From positions 107,773 through 171,772 of the forward strand of contig DIXU01000003.1 of NCBI GenBank assembly GCA_002436105.1: 64,000 bases of DNA, given 5' to 3'. The notes under the pieces were generated by a model that saw only the letters and a program-made list of their open reading frames with translations, searched no databases and had not been told where the DNA came from. Position 1 is the stretch's first letter. The number at the start of each line of letters is the position of its first letter. Both the position numbers and the translations under genes were made by a program. The stretch comes from Candidatus Aminicenantes bacterium UBA6072. Lineage in GTDB: Bacteria > Acidobacteriota > Aminicenantia > UBA2199. This document shows, piece by piece, positions 53,256 through 62,415 of the stretch.

Positions 53256-55388
53256 ATGAAAAGAGACGCCCATTCCGGCTGGCAGCGCCTGCTGCCGAGC
53301 CTCGCGGGTGCCGCCGCACTGCTGGCCACCTGGGCGCTGGGCGACGGCGGGCTGTTCCTGTTGCTGTGTTTCGGCGCCGCGATCGCCGGCATTGAATACG
53401 GCTGGCGATTCCTGTCCGGCCCCGGCCCGACGCCTTACCAGTTCATGCTTTTCTCGCCCCTGCTGCTGGTGCACTATGCCTCGATCGGCGATTTCCGCAT
53501 CCGCCTGGCCTGTTTCTTCATGATCACCTGCGTCATTACCCTGGCCCTGCGCGCCCCCAGGCGCCGGCCGAAGCTCTCCATGGCCGGCATCCGGCCCTGG
53601 CAGGCCTGGGCGCTCGCCTTGCTGACATCCATGCTGGCCGCTTTCCTGCTTCACGCCCAGGGCATCCAGCTCTCCGGCGACGAACCCCACTACGTCATGA
53701 TCTCCCAGAGCCTGGTAGAGGACGGCGATTTCGACCTGAAGAACAACCTGGAGCAAAAGAAGTATTTCTCCTACCTGCCGGTGGAGCTCCGCTTTCACGG
53801 GGCGATCCATTCCGGCCGCTACCGTTCCTTTCACCTTCCCGGCCTCTCGTTTCTCCTGGCTCCCTTCTTTTTCCTGTTCAAGCTCCTGGGCGGTCTGATC
53901 CCGGGCAGCCTCTATTTCCGCCTGGCGGCCGCGCTGATCAACTCGCTTTTCTCGCTCGCTCTTTTCCTGATCCTGCGCCAGGCCTGGCCGGAAAAGGACA
54001 ACGGCGCTTTCTACTGCTTTTTCCTGTGCACGTTCCCGCTGTGTTTCCATGCCGTGCACCTGTTCCCCGAATTGCCCGCCGCCGCCTTGACCCTGTACGC
54101 CTACATTCTCGGACGCGACCAGAGGCGCTATGCCCTCGCCGGTCTGCTGCTGGCCGGCACGGCCTGGCTGCACCTGAAATACTCCATTCCCGCCCTGGTG
54201 CTGGCCCTGTTCCTCGGCGCCCGCATCGGGAGGGAAGGCGGCCCGCGCCTGAAGCAGCTGGCGCGGCTGCTGGCCGCCCCGGCCCTGAGCCTGGCGCTGC
54301 TGGGGCTGTACAGCCGCATCCTCTACGGCTCCTTCGACCCCCGCGTCATTTCCCCGGAGAAGAACTTTCTGGCCATTCCCCTCCATTTCCGGCTCGAGAC
54401 GCTGCTCTCCTTCTTCCTTGACCAGCGCGACGGCCTACTGGTCTACGCGCCTCTCTTCTTGCTGCTCTTCCTGGCCTGGCGCAGGGACGTCCGTGCCGGT
54501 ATCCGCGATTTCGGCCTGCTTTCCACACTGTTTTTTTCCTACATCCTGTTCCACGCCTTCACCACCGTGCGCGGCGGCTATTCGCCGGCGGCGCGGCCCG
54601 TTCTTTTCGTCCTGTGGATCATGTGCGTTTTCCTGGTGGCCGTTTACAGGAATTCGTCCTCGGGCATGCTCCGGGCCCTTTTCAGAATGCTGGCCGGGAT
54701 GACGGCCTTCGCCACGGTCTGGTTCATGTACTATCCGTTGTTCCTGTACCAGCCGGTTACGCGCGAGGTGAGCCAGCGGGCCTCCTCCCTGCTGTGGTTC
54801 CTGAGCAGCGAGGCAATCGACCTGGCATCCCTGTTCCCTTCCTTCCTGAAGCAAAGCAACTCGGGCTACTGGCCGAACTGGGCCTGGCTGGGCTTGCTGG
54901 CCGCCGCGCTGGCGGTTTATTATTCCGGGAGCGCGCGGCCATCCCGGCCCCGGGCCGCCCGGGGCGTGTTCGCCGCCCTGGGCCTCGGGCTGCTGTTCCT
55001 GTTATGTTATTTCCCCCATGTGCTCCTGCAGACCCGCCATGCCGCCGGCGGACTGTCTTTTTTCTGCAATTCGAGGAATTTCGTATTCCGCCCCGACATG
55101 AGGGCTTTCCGCGTCCTGGCCGGCCAGGACTATGACCTGTACATCGACCTGAAGGGCAGCGCGGCAACCGGGATGGACCTGCATGTACTGGATGGGGATC
55201 AGGTGGCGCTGAAGGTGCGGAACGGCCGAAACCTGCTGCTGGAGGCCCAACGTTCCCCAAAGGAACGGCTGGCGTTTCCCCTGAGCCGACTGAAGAGATT
55301 CTCGCTGGCGAAAAGGGAATTGATCCACATCGGCCTGGAAACCCGCGCCCTTGCTCCCCAGGCCATGTTCTGGCTGGAGTTCAGGTAG
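53256..55388 (+). CDS. Large polytopic membrane protein, GT-C-like
   Basis: 710 aa, about 14 TM helices. Loop motif SGDEPHYVMISQSLVEDGDFDL. Soluble C-terminal roughly 130 aa. Confidence 0.65.
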   Translation: MKRDAHSGWQRLLPSLAGAAALLATWALGDGGLFLLLCFGAAIAGIEYGWRFLSGPGPTPYQFMLFSPLLLVHYASIGDFRIRLACFFMITCVITLALRAPRRRPKLSMAGIRPWQAWALALLTSMLAAFLLHAQGIQLSGDEPHYVMISQSLVEDGDFDLKNNLEQKKYFSYLPVELRFHGAIHSGRYRSFHLPGLSFLLAPFFFLFKLLGGLIPGSLYFRLAAALINSLFSLALFLILRQAWPEKDNGAFYCFFLCTFPLCFHAVHLFPELPAAALTLYAYILGRDQRRYALAGLLLAGTAWLHLKYSIPALVLALFLGARIGREGGPRLKQLARLLAAPALSLALLGLYSRILYGSFDPRVISPEKNFLAIPLHFRLETLLSFFLDQRDGLLVYAPLFLLLFLAWRRDVRAGIRDFGLLSTLFFSYILFHAFTTVRGGYSPAARPVLFVLWIMCVFLVAVYRNSSSGMLRALFRMLAGMTAFATVWFMYYPLFLYQPVTREVSQRASSLLWFLSSEAIDLASLFPSFLKQSNSGYWPNWAWLGLLAAALAVYYSGSARPSRPRAARGVFAALGLGLLFLLCYFPHVLLQTRHAAGGLSFFCNSRNFVFRPDMRAFRVLAGQDYDLYIDLKGSAATGMDLHVLDGDQVALKVRNGRNLLLEAQRSPKERLAFPLSRLKRFSLAKRELIHIGLETRALAPQAMFWLEFR

Positions 55389-55391
55389 GGG

Positions 55392-57155
55392 CTACTCCGC
55401 CCGGGGGCTTTCCCGGCCGGCGCTGTCCACCGCGCTGACCGCGTACTCAAACACGCGCGCCGTTGCTCCGAGAGTGCGGTCCAGGTACTCGAAACTCGTC
55501 TGGGTGCCTGCCGGGACGGTGTGAAAATGGCTGAAGCCGCCCATGCCGATCTCGCGGCGGTAGATCTTGTAGGAAACGATCACGGCTCCGATCTGTTCAT
55601 TGCGCGGATTGCGATCCCAGTTGATCCGGTACAGGTACTCGACGGAAAACAGATTGCGGTTTTCATGGCGCTGGAATTTCAGGTTCAAGGGAGGCGCCAG
55701 GCCGAAGATCTCGACTTCACCGGTGGCGGTGGCCGTGGCGCCGTCGTCATCGGTCACCTTCAGGGTGATCTCGAAGCGGCCCTCCCTGTTGTACACGTGG
55801 CTGACGATCTTGCCCGTGCCGGAGCCGCCGTCGCCGAAATCCCATTGATAGCTGGAGATCGTGCCATCGCTGTCCTTGGATTTGCTGGCGTCGAAAGCGA
55901 CCGACACGGGATAAAGCCCGCCAGTCGGTGAGAACATGAAGAATGCCGTGGGGGGGACATTGGGGTCGGGTTCGGGCGCGGGGCCGGGCGGATTCGGATC
56001 GGGGCTCTCGCCCTGGCTCCAGGTGAGGTAGACGGCCGAGGTCTGATGGGCCACCGCGACCGCAGCCTTGCCCGACGAGGACAGGGCGCTGCTGGAAAAG
56101 CCCGGGATGATCCCCGTCGTCGGGATCTTCTTGTGGCCGGTCCATTGCCCGTTCTGCCTCCAGTTGAAATAGACCGTGCTGCCCGCCCATTCGCTGACGA
56201 AGACATTCGCGCTGTTGAGGGCGCTCACGCAGATCTCATGGTAGGCCCGGGCGCCGTCATTGGAGATCAGGAAGCGGCTGGAAAAGCCGCTGCCGGTCCA
56301 GTACTTGTAGTAGGTGTCGCGGTTGACGCCGATGTTGTAGTCGTTCATCATGATGATGTGCAGCAGGCGGGTGGGGTCCACGGTGAGTCGCGGGCGATGG
56401 TTGCCGTCCTTGACATCAATGGCGCTCCCCCAATTCGCGCCCTGCTTGTTGGAGCGCCGGCTGTAGGCGATCGTGTAATTGCTGCCCCAAAGCTGCTGCC
56501 AGGCGATATGGACATAGCTGGAGTCGACGGTCACGTCGGGGTGCTTGGAGCGCCCCGTCATGGGCCAGGATTCCATGGTAACGGAGCCGCCGTACTTGCT
56601 GATGAACTGGCAACGGGCGGCGGGCCAGATCATGAAGGCGATGAACACGTTGTCGTTCTCGTCGGCGGCCATGCGCAGGTCCTCGACCTTGCGCGTGACG
56701 AAGCCGCCGGGGATGGTGCCGGTGATGTTCAGCGTGCGCAGGGTCGATACGGCCGACCAGCCGGAACCGTTGTTGTAGCGGTATTTGACGTACTGGGTGT
56801 CGGCACTGTAGCTCGACGCCTCGATCCAGACCGCGTGCATATGGCCCTTGCGGGTGATGTAAAGGAAGGCTTCATAGCCGATCAGCGATGTTTCGCTGAT
56901 ATTGCGCTCGAAAGCGACCCGGCTGCCGTCGTAGGAGCTGAGATGGATGTCGCGACCGGCCTGGTAGAGCACGTACATCTTCCCCGCCGGGGAGAACTGG
57001 ACGATGGGCTTGTAATAGGCCGTCGTGGCCGATGCGACGATGCGCACCGGGCTGGACCAGGGAAAAAGCATCTGGGCCCCAACGAGGAAAAATAACAGGA
57101 CGGGGACAACAAGCGACGATTTCGCTGCATGTCGGGTGGCCGTGTCGTGATTCAT
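55392..57155 (-). CDS. Secreted propeller-like, PKD and Fn3 protein (paralog 2)
   Basis: N-terminal anchor, repeated hVxW....Y blades, PKD domain (FDASKSKDSDGTISSYQWDFGDG...VTDDDGA), and a C-terminal Fn3-like domain. Clearly paralogous to 60444..62252. Confidence 0.75.
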   Translation of the reverse strand: MNHDTATRHAAKSSLVVPVLLFFLVGAQMLFPWSSPVRIVASATTAYYKPIVQFSPAGKMYVLYQAGRDIHLSSYDGSRVAFERNISETSLIGYEAFLYITRKGHMHAVWIEASSYSADTQYVKYRYNNGSGWSAVSTLRTLNITGTIPGGFVTRKVEDLRMAADENDNVFIAFMIWPAARCQFISKYGGSVTMESWPMTGRSKHPDVTVDSSYVHIAWQQLWGSNYTIAYSRRSNKQGANWGSAIDVKDGNHRPRLTVDPTRLLHIIMMNDYNIGVNRDTYYKYWTGSGFSSRFLISNDGARAYHEICVSALNSANVFVSEWAGSTVYFNWRQNGQWTGHKKIPTTGIIPGFSSSALSSSGKAAVAVAHQTSAVYLTWSQGESPDPNPPGPAPEPDPNVPPTAFFMFSPTGGLYPVSVAFDASKSKDSDGTISSYQWDFGDGGSGTGKIVSHVYNREGRFEITLKVTDDDGATATATGEVEIFGLAPPLNLKFQRHENRNLFSVEYLYRINWDRNPRNEQIGAVIVSYKIYRREIGMGGFSHFHTVPAGTQTSFEYLDRTLGATARVFEYAVSAVDSAGRESPRAE

Positions 57156-57161
57156 GGAGTA

Positions 57162-57190
57162 ATTATAGAACAATTGGCGGCGCTTTTCAA
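57162..57190 (-). promoter_or_regulatory. Sigma70-type promoter, leaderless geometry
   Basis: Minus strand reads TTGAAA (57190-57185), N17, TATAAT (57167-57162), then 6 nt to ATG 57155. Confidence 0.5.
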
Positions 57191-57325
57191 TTTTCGCCCG
57201 CGGAAAAAGGACGCCCCCCGCAGCCGGCGGACCGCGCACCCAAGCGGGTGCCGGCCCGCTTCACTGGCAACGGAAGGAGGACTCGGCCCATGGCGCCGCC
57301 GCTCGCGGCGCCGGGCCGGATCCGT

Positions 57326-60300
57326 TTACAGCAGTATGCCAAAACCCAGGTTCAGCTCCAGGCCACCCAGGTTCAGCGGGTCATCCAGATCGGAGTCGGG
57401 ATAGATATCCTTGCTGGCCATGTTGAATTTCAGGAACAATTGGCCGAATATCTTCTTGGACAACCGGTAGTAGCCTCCGGCCAGGGCGTTGAAGCCGATG
57501 ACCGTCGCCTTGATTTCCTCGATCGGGTTGTCATCCTTGACCAGGAAGACATTGGCACCGGCGCCGGCAAAGGCGCTGAGCTTGCCTTTTTCCATCAGGT
57601 AATAGCGCACGGACGCCGCCAGGGGGGTCATCCGGAACTTCATCTCCACCGGGCTCCATGCCGGCTGGTTGTTCTTCGCCGCCAGCCCGCCGCTGACCCA
57701 GAAATCCATCTTTTGGGCGAAGCGGAATGCGATCGAACCGCCAAAGCCGCTCAAGGAGACGTAGGCGTCCTTGAATTTCTGGTCGAACATCATGTAGTAG
57801 GTGCCGTGCAAGGCGATTCTCAGGCGCTCGCCGAACATGGGCGCCTTTTCAGCCACGACCGGCTTTTCCTCTCTGACCGCGGTTTTGAAGACGATGGTCG
57901 AGACCACCCGTTCATCCTGCAGTTCAAAGCTGATCTTCTCCACGTTATATTTCAGGACCAGGTCGATCAGTTGTTTCTGCGTTTCCAGCCCGGAGTAGAT
58001 CTTCAGCACCGGCTGCTTTTTTATCTGGGTTCTTTCATAACGCTCGCATGGCAGGGTTTCCCTGTGGGCCTCGATATAGGCGATGAATTCATCGATCCCG
58101 GGCAGCTGCGGCACGGCTTCCTTCGCCTCTTTCTCCTTGCGCCGGGCCTCGGCCGCCGCCTTCTCCTTCGCCAGTTTTTCTTCGTCGACGAGGGTGACCT
58201 TCTTGCCGTCGGCCAGGCATTCGAAGCCGGAAACGATCAGCGGCATGCCCGCGCCCAGCCCGGCGGCCACATGTGTCCGGCCGGCCTCGCTCGCGCCGCG
58301 GGTGACATAGAGCTTTTTTGCCTTCTTCTTCTCGGCCACGTAGACGAAATCGCCGAGGCTGTCCTGGAAAAGCACGCCGCTGGGCACGGTGACCGCATCC
58401 GCGTGCTCGGCTTTCAGCTTGCGGGCGGTGTACGTTTTCCCGGCTGCGATCCGCCCGGAGCCGTTATCCAGGCGCAGCTGCACCTTGGCGTCGCGGACAT
58501 CGATGACTTCGGCGATCCATTCATCGTCCGATCCCTCGAACTTGCCGGCGATCCTTTCACCGCTGACGAAACGGCTGGGGTCCGTCACGGTGAGCGTGAC
58601 CCGCAGCTGTTGTTCGGTCAAGATCTCCAGCAGGACGGCCTGGCCGACGACATCGGCCCCTGCCGCCACCTGGATGTTCTGCACGATCCCCGCGACCGGA
58701 GCGGCCAGCGACTGGATGAATGGCGCGGCCTTCTCCTCCAGCCGCTCCAGCGCTTTCTGGTAGGCCAGCTCGGCCGCCCGGATGGCCTTTTCGTTCTTCA
58801 CCTTCGCTTCCTGGCGCGCCAGCAGCGCTTCCCTCCTGCGCCCGGCCTCCTGGCGCAGGGCGGTGACCGCCTCGTCCTCTCCCACGCTCAGGACGAGCAG
58901 TTCCTGGCCCTGCGTCACCAGGGAGCCTTCGCTCACCTTCAGGGCGTGAACCAGCCCGGCAACGGGCGCGGCGACGGCGATCGTTTCCGGCAAGGCCGGT
59001 GCTGAATCATACCCGTATTCGGAAAATGTTTCCGCCCGGGTCAGTTCGGTCAGGACCGGGACTCTCTTGGCGCACGCCGGTTGGGCTGCGGCAGCCTGCC
59101 GGGCCTCCAGCCTGGCCTGGGCCCTGGCTTTTTCCTCTTCTTCCCTTCTGGCCTTTTCCGCGGCGGCCTTGGCCCTTTTCTCCTCTTGCTTCCTGGCCTT
59201 CAGTTCGGCCGCGGCCGCTGCCGCGGCCTGCTTGGCCTCCAGCTTGGCCCGGGCCCTGCTTTCCTTCTCTTCATCCTTGCTGGCCTTGGCTGCCGCTGCA
59301 TCGTCCGCGGTCGGTTGCGCCTTGCTCGCGGCGCTGAGCCGGGCTTGCTCCATGGCCAGCTGCTCCGGATTGATGACGCGGATCTTCTTTCTGTCGGCAA
59401 GGCAATCGAAACCGGAAACGATGAGCTGCATGCCCGGGACCAGGCCCTTCTCGATCAGGGTCCGGCCAACTTCGCTCGCCCCGCGGGTCACGTACAGCTT
59501 TTTTGCATTCTTCTTCTCGGCCACGTAAACGAAATCGCCCCGGCTGTCATGGAACAGGGCCGCGTCGGGAATGGCGACGGCGTCGGCATGCTCGGCTTTC
59601 AGCGTTTTCACTTCAAAGGCCATGCCTTCTTTCAGCAGGCCGGCGGCGTTGTCCACCATGAACGTGACCAGGCCGTCGCTGACGGCGATGACCTCGGCCC
59701 GGCCCTGGAAGTTTTCGGCGCTGCCGTCCAATTTCTGGCCGACGGCGAAGGTTTCTCCTTCCTGGCCGCGGCGGTCAAGGGTGTAGATCATGCGCCCGGG
59801 GTTGGCGATCTCCAGCAGCACGGCATCGGCAGCGACCTCGCTTCCCAGGTCCTGGACAAAATGGACCCTGCCGGTCGCCGGCGCCGCGACGCCCTTGCGG
59901 CTGGATGCCTTTTTCTCTTCCAGCAGGGCCAACGCCTCGTTGTATTTCTTTTCCGCCGACTGAATGGCTCTTTCGCTCTTCTCCTTCCAGTTGAGGCGGG
60001 CGGTCCAGACCTTCTTGCTGGCTGCCACGTCCGCTTCGAGCTTGGCCAATTCCTCGCCGGAGATGGTCTCGATGGCCAGTATCTCCTGCCCGGCAAAGAC
60101 CAGCGAGCCTTCGCCGACCCTGACTTCGGCCAGTTTTCCCGCCGCCGGGCTTTTCACCGCCACGGTCCCGGGCTGCGCCGACAGGGAATGGCGGTGGTAT
60201 TCAAAAAAAGTTCCCGCGCTGACCGTTTCCAGGGCCACGGCCACCTTTTTGGGACATTTCACGGAGATGCTTTCATTTTCCTGGGGCACGTTCCTTTCCT

Positions 60301-60376
60301 GGGTCGTGCCGGCGACCCGTGCCTGGAGGGAGAGGCAAAGCAGAAAACAGCCCAATAGCAACAATGATTTTTTCAT
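57326..60376 (-). CDS. Fusion protein: signal peptide, two tandem membrane-fusion-protein (HlyD/RND-adaptor-like) modules, K/A/E-rich linkers, C-terminal beta-barrel-like domain
   Basis: Two roughly 290-aa modules (aa 55-345 and 448-738 of the track ORF) each have a lipoyl-like half, a coiled-coil hairpin, a second lipoyl half and a beta-barrel (…AIPDAALFHDSRGDFVYVAEKKNAKKLYVTRG… versus …TVPSGVLFQDSLGDFVYVAEKKKAKKLYVTRG…). The last roughly 170 aa show alternating hydrophobic beta-strand patterning. Start at MKKSLLLL with AAGGAG SD. Confidence 0.75.
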   Translation of the reverse strand: MKKSLLLLGCFLLCLSLQARVAGTTQERNVPQENESISVKCPKKVAVALETVSAGTFFEYHRHSLSAQPGTVAVKSPAAGKLAEVRVGEGSLVFAGQEILAIETISGEELAKLEADVAASKKVWTARLNWKEKSERAIQSAEKKYNEALALLEEKKASSRKGVAAPATGRVHFVQDLGSEVAADAVLLEIANPGRMIYTLDRRGQEGETFAVGQKLDGSAENFQGRAEVIAVSDGLVTFMVDNAAGLLKEGMAFEVKTLKAEHADAVAIPDAALFHDSRGDFVYVAEKKNAKKLYVTRGASEVGRTLIEKGLVPGMQLIVSGFDCLADRKKIRVINPEQLAMEQARLSAASKAQPTADDAAAAKASKDEEKESRARAKLEAKQAAAAAAAELKARKQEEKRAKAAAEKARREEEEKARAQARLEARQAAAAQPACAKRVPVLTELTRAETFSEYGYDSAPALPETIAVAAPVAGLVHALKVSEGSLVTQGQELLVLSVGEDEAVTALRQEAGRRREALLARQEAKVKNEKAIRAAELAYQKALERLEEKAAPFIQSLAAPVAGIVQNIQVAAGADVVGQAVLLEILTEQQLRVTLTVTDPSRFVSGERIAGKFEGSDDEWIAEVIDVRDAKVQLRLDNGSGRIAAGKTYTARKLKAEHADAVTVPSGVLFQDSLGDFVYVAEKKKAKKLYVTRGASEAGRTHVAAGLGAGMPLIVSGFECLADGKKVTLVDEEKLAKEKAAAEARRKEKEAKEAVPQLPGIDEFIAYIEAHRETLPCERYERTQIKKQPVLKIYSGLETQKQLIDLVLKYNVEKISFELQDERVVSTIVFKTAVREEKPVVAEKAPMFGERLRIALHGTYYMMFDQKFKDAYVSLSGFGGSIAFRFAQKMDFWVSGGLAAKNNQPAWSPVEMKFRMTPLAASVRYYLMEKGKLSAFAGAGANVFLVKDDNPIEEIKATVIGFNALAGGYYRLSKKIFGQLFLKFNMASKDIYPDSDLDDPLNLGGLELNLGFGILL

Positions 60377-60443
60377 GAAGACTCCTTGGCTCATGTGAAT
60401 AGAATTAATTCCCGATCATTGACCGCGGCCTGAATGCGACGGT

Positions 60444-62252
60444 TCAATTGCCGGTATTGACGTACGGGCTCTGGTGGTCAGCGGCGTCGACCGCGGCCAC
60501 CGCATAGACGTAGTTCTTGCCCTCTTCGACGTTGACGTCGGCGAAGGCGAAGCGGTCCGCGCCCACCGTGCCCTTGAGCACATACGTGCTGTCGTCGCTG
60601 CCGGCGACCTTGCTGAAAATGCGGTAGGAAGCGATATCGTAGCCCTCCTGGCTGTTCCTGGGATTCGCCTTCCAGGTGACCACATAGCCTTTGCGATCGT
60701 AGATCAGGGTGGTGATGCGCTCCGGCTTCGCCGCGACGTCCAGCGCCGAATACAGGGCGGCGACCTTGACGGTCTTGTTGGCGATGCCGCGTCCGCCCTT
60801 GTCATCGATGGCGGTCAGCCGGATCGTCATGTTGCCCCATTTTCTGAGGAACGCGTATTCGCTGGTGACGCCTTCCACGGTGACGTTGTCGTTGACGATC
60901 CGCCACTCGTACCTGACGATCGTGCCGTCGCTGTCGTAGCTTTCCGAAGCGTCCAGCTTGATCGTCTCGCCCCAGAAGAGCGTGTCCTTGTCGGTCTTGA
61001 TCTTGGCCACCGGCAGGGAGTTCACGACCAGCTTGCCGCTGAGCAGCAGCTCGATGCTGTCGCCGGCGGCATAGGAGATGGCGCCGATGCCGAGGGAGTT
61101 CAGGTCGCATTCGCCGAAGGAGGACCAGGCCTTGATGCGGTTGATGACCCCCAGGCCGCCCCATTTGCCGTTGCGCATCCAGTTGAAAAAGTTGATGGCG
61201 CCGCCCGTCCAGGTCTGGGAGTGGATCAGCACGTTGTTGGCGTCCAGGGGGGCGATGGCCGGGGTGTGGTACAGGTTCGTATTGGTATCAGAGACCATCC
61301 AGCTGCCCGAGAAGGCCGCGCCCTTCCAGACACGGTAGTGGAGATCGCGGGCGGTGCTGTTCTCCCCGTCCTTCATGTAGACCATGTGCGGCACCTGGTT
61401 GCGGTCCACGCGGATGAAGGGGCGGTGGCCGCCGCTGAAAACGACCTTCTGCAGCAGGCTCCAGGAGGAGCCCGGGGTGTTCTTGCGCCGCGCGTAGCGG
61501 ATGGTGTAATCCGATCCCTCCAGCTGCTGCCAGGTCAGGTGGACGAAGTTGTCGTCGGCGGCCACGCTGGAGTGCTTGCTGCGCCCGCCCATGGGGAAGG
61601 GATCGGAGTAGATCTTGCCGTCGTACATGCTCACGGCGCCGCAGCGGGCGATGGGCCACATCATGTAGGTGACGAAGACGTTGTTCTCGTCATCGACGGC
61701 CAGGCGCACGTCGTCCAGCTTTTCCGGGTTCCAGCCCCCGGTCGTGCCAATGATGTTCAGCGTCCTCAGGGTGGTGATCGGCGACCACTCGGCACCGTCG
61801 AAATTACGGTACTTGATATTCTGGATATTGGCGTTGGCGCTCAGGGCCTCGGCCCAGATGATGTGGATCCTGCCGTCGGGGGTGATGGCCATGTCGGGCT
61901 CGTAGGCCATCTGGTTGTCCTCGGAGACGTTCTTGACCATGACCGGCTTGACGCCGTCGTAGCTGTAGAGCTTGATCGAGCGCTTGTTGGTCTTTTGGTC
62001 GTCGATATTGTCCTTGAAGCAGACATACACCTTGCCGGACGGGTGGAAACGCACGATATTCTTCTCGTTATAAACGTGCAGCGCTTCCTTGGCGATGGTC
62101 ACCGGTGCCAGCCAGCTGATGGCGGCGACGTTCGGTGCCAGGTCCAGCGTACGTTCGTCCTGGGCCGCCGCCTTGGTGAAACGGGAGCCGGCCAGGAAGA
62201 CCAGGGACAGGGCGGCCAGCGCGAGGCGGCCTGCTTTTTTGGTATCCATCAT
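60444..62252 (-). CDS. Secreted propeller-like, PKD and Fn3 protein (paralog 1)
   Basis: 602 aa with a signal peptide. Conserved blocks shared with 55392..57155 (LRTLNI.GT, DDENNVFV.YMMWP.ARC, GGRSKH, VH..WQQL.GS.YTI.Y.RR.N). PKD and Fn3-like C-terminus. Confidence 0.75.
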   Translation of the reverse strand: MMDTKKAGRLALAALSLVFLAGSRFTKAAAQDERTLDLAPNVAAISWLAPVTIAKEALHVYNEKNIVRFHPSGKVYVCFKDNIDDQKTNKRSIKLYSYDGVKPVMVKNVSEDNQMAYEPDMAITPDGRIHIIWAEALSANANIQNIKYRNFDGAEWSPITTLRTLNIIGTTGGWNPEKLDDVRLAVDDENNVFVTYMMWPIARCGAVSMYDGKIYSDPFPMGGRSKHSSVAADDNFVHLTWQQLEGSDYTIRYARRKNTPGSSWSLLQKVVFSGGHRPFIRVDRNQVPHMVYMKDGENSTARDLHYRVWKGAAFSGSWMVSDTNTNLYHTPAIAPLDANNVLIHSQTWTGGAINFFNWMRNGKWGGLGVINRIKAWSSFGECDLNSLGIGAISYAAGDSIELLLSGKLVVNSLPVAKIKTDKDTLFWGETIKLDASESYDSDGTIVRYEWRIVNDNVTVEGVTSEYAFLRKWGNMTIRLTAIDDKGGRGIANKTVKVAALYSALDVAAKPERITTLIYDRKGYVVTWKANPRNSQEGYDIASYRIFSKVAGSDDSTYVLKGTVGADRFAFADVNVEEGKNYVYAVAAVDAADHQSPYVNTGN

Positions 62253-62415
62253 TGAACCTCCATTGATTTTCGAAGATATTTTGGCGAAAAATTGATTTTT
62301 TCATATTTCCGGATGCTTGTCAATAACCCGGCTGCCCGGCCGGGATCAACGGTCGAAGATCGCCGCGGGCACCCCCCCGCGAGGATAGCCGCCCGGGATC
62401 TGAAGAGAAAAAGAA

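Noticed and set aside
59075-59332. GC-rich quasi-repetitive DNA (GCGGCC/GCCTTGGCC-type) inside the MFP-barrel gene, as a possible non-coding repeat.
   Set aside because: It is in frame and encodes the K/A/E-rich linker (…AKLEAKQAAAAAAAELKARKQEEKRAKAAAEKARREEEEKARAQARLEARQ…). This is low-complexity coding sequence, not a separate element.
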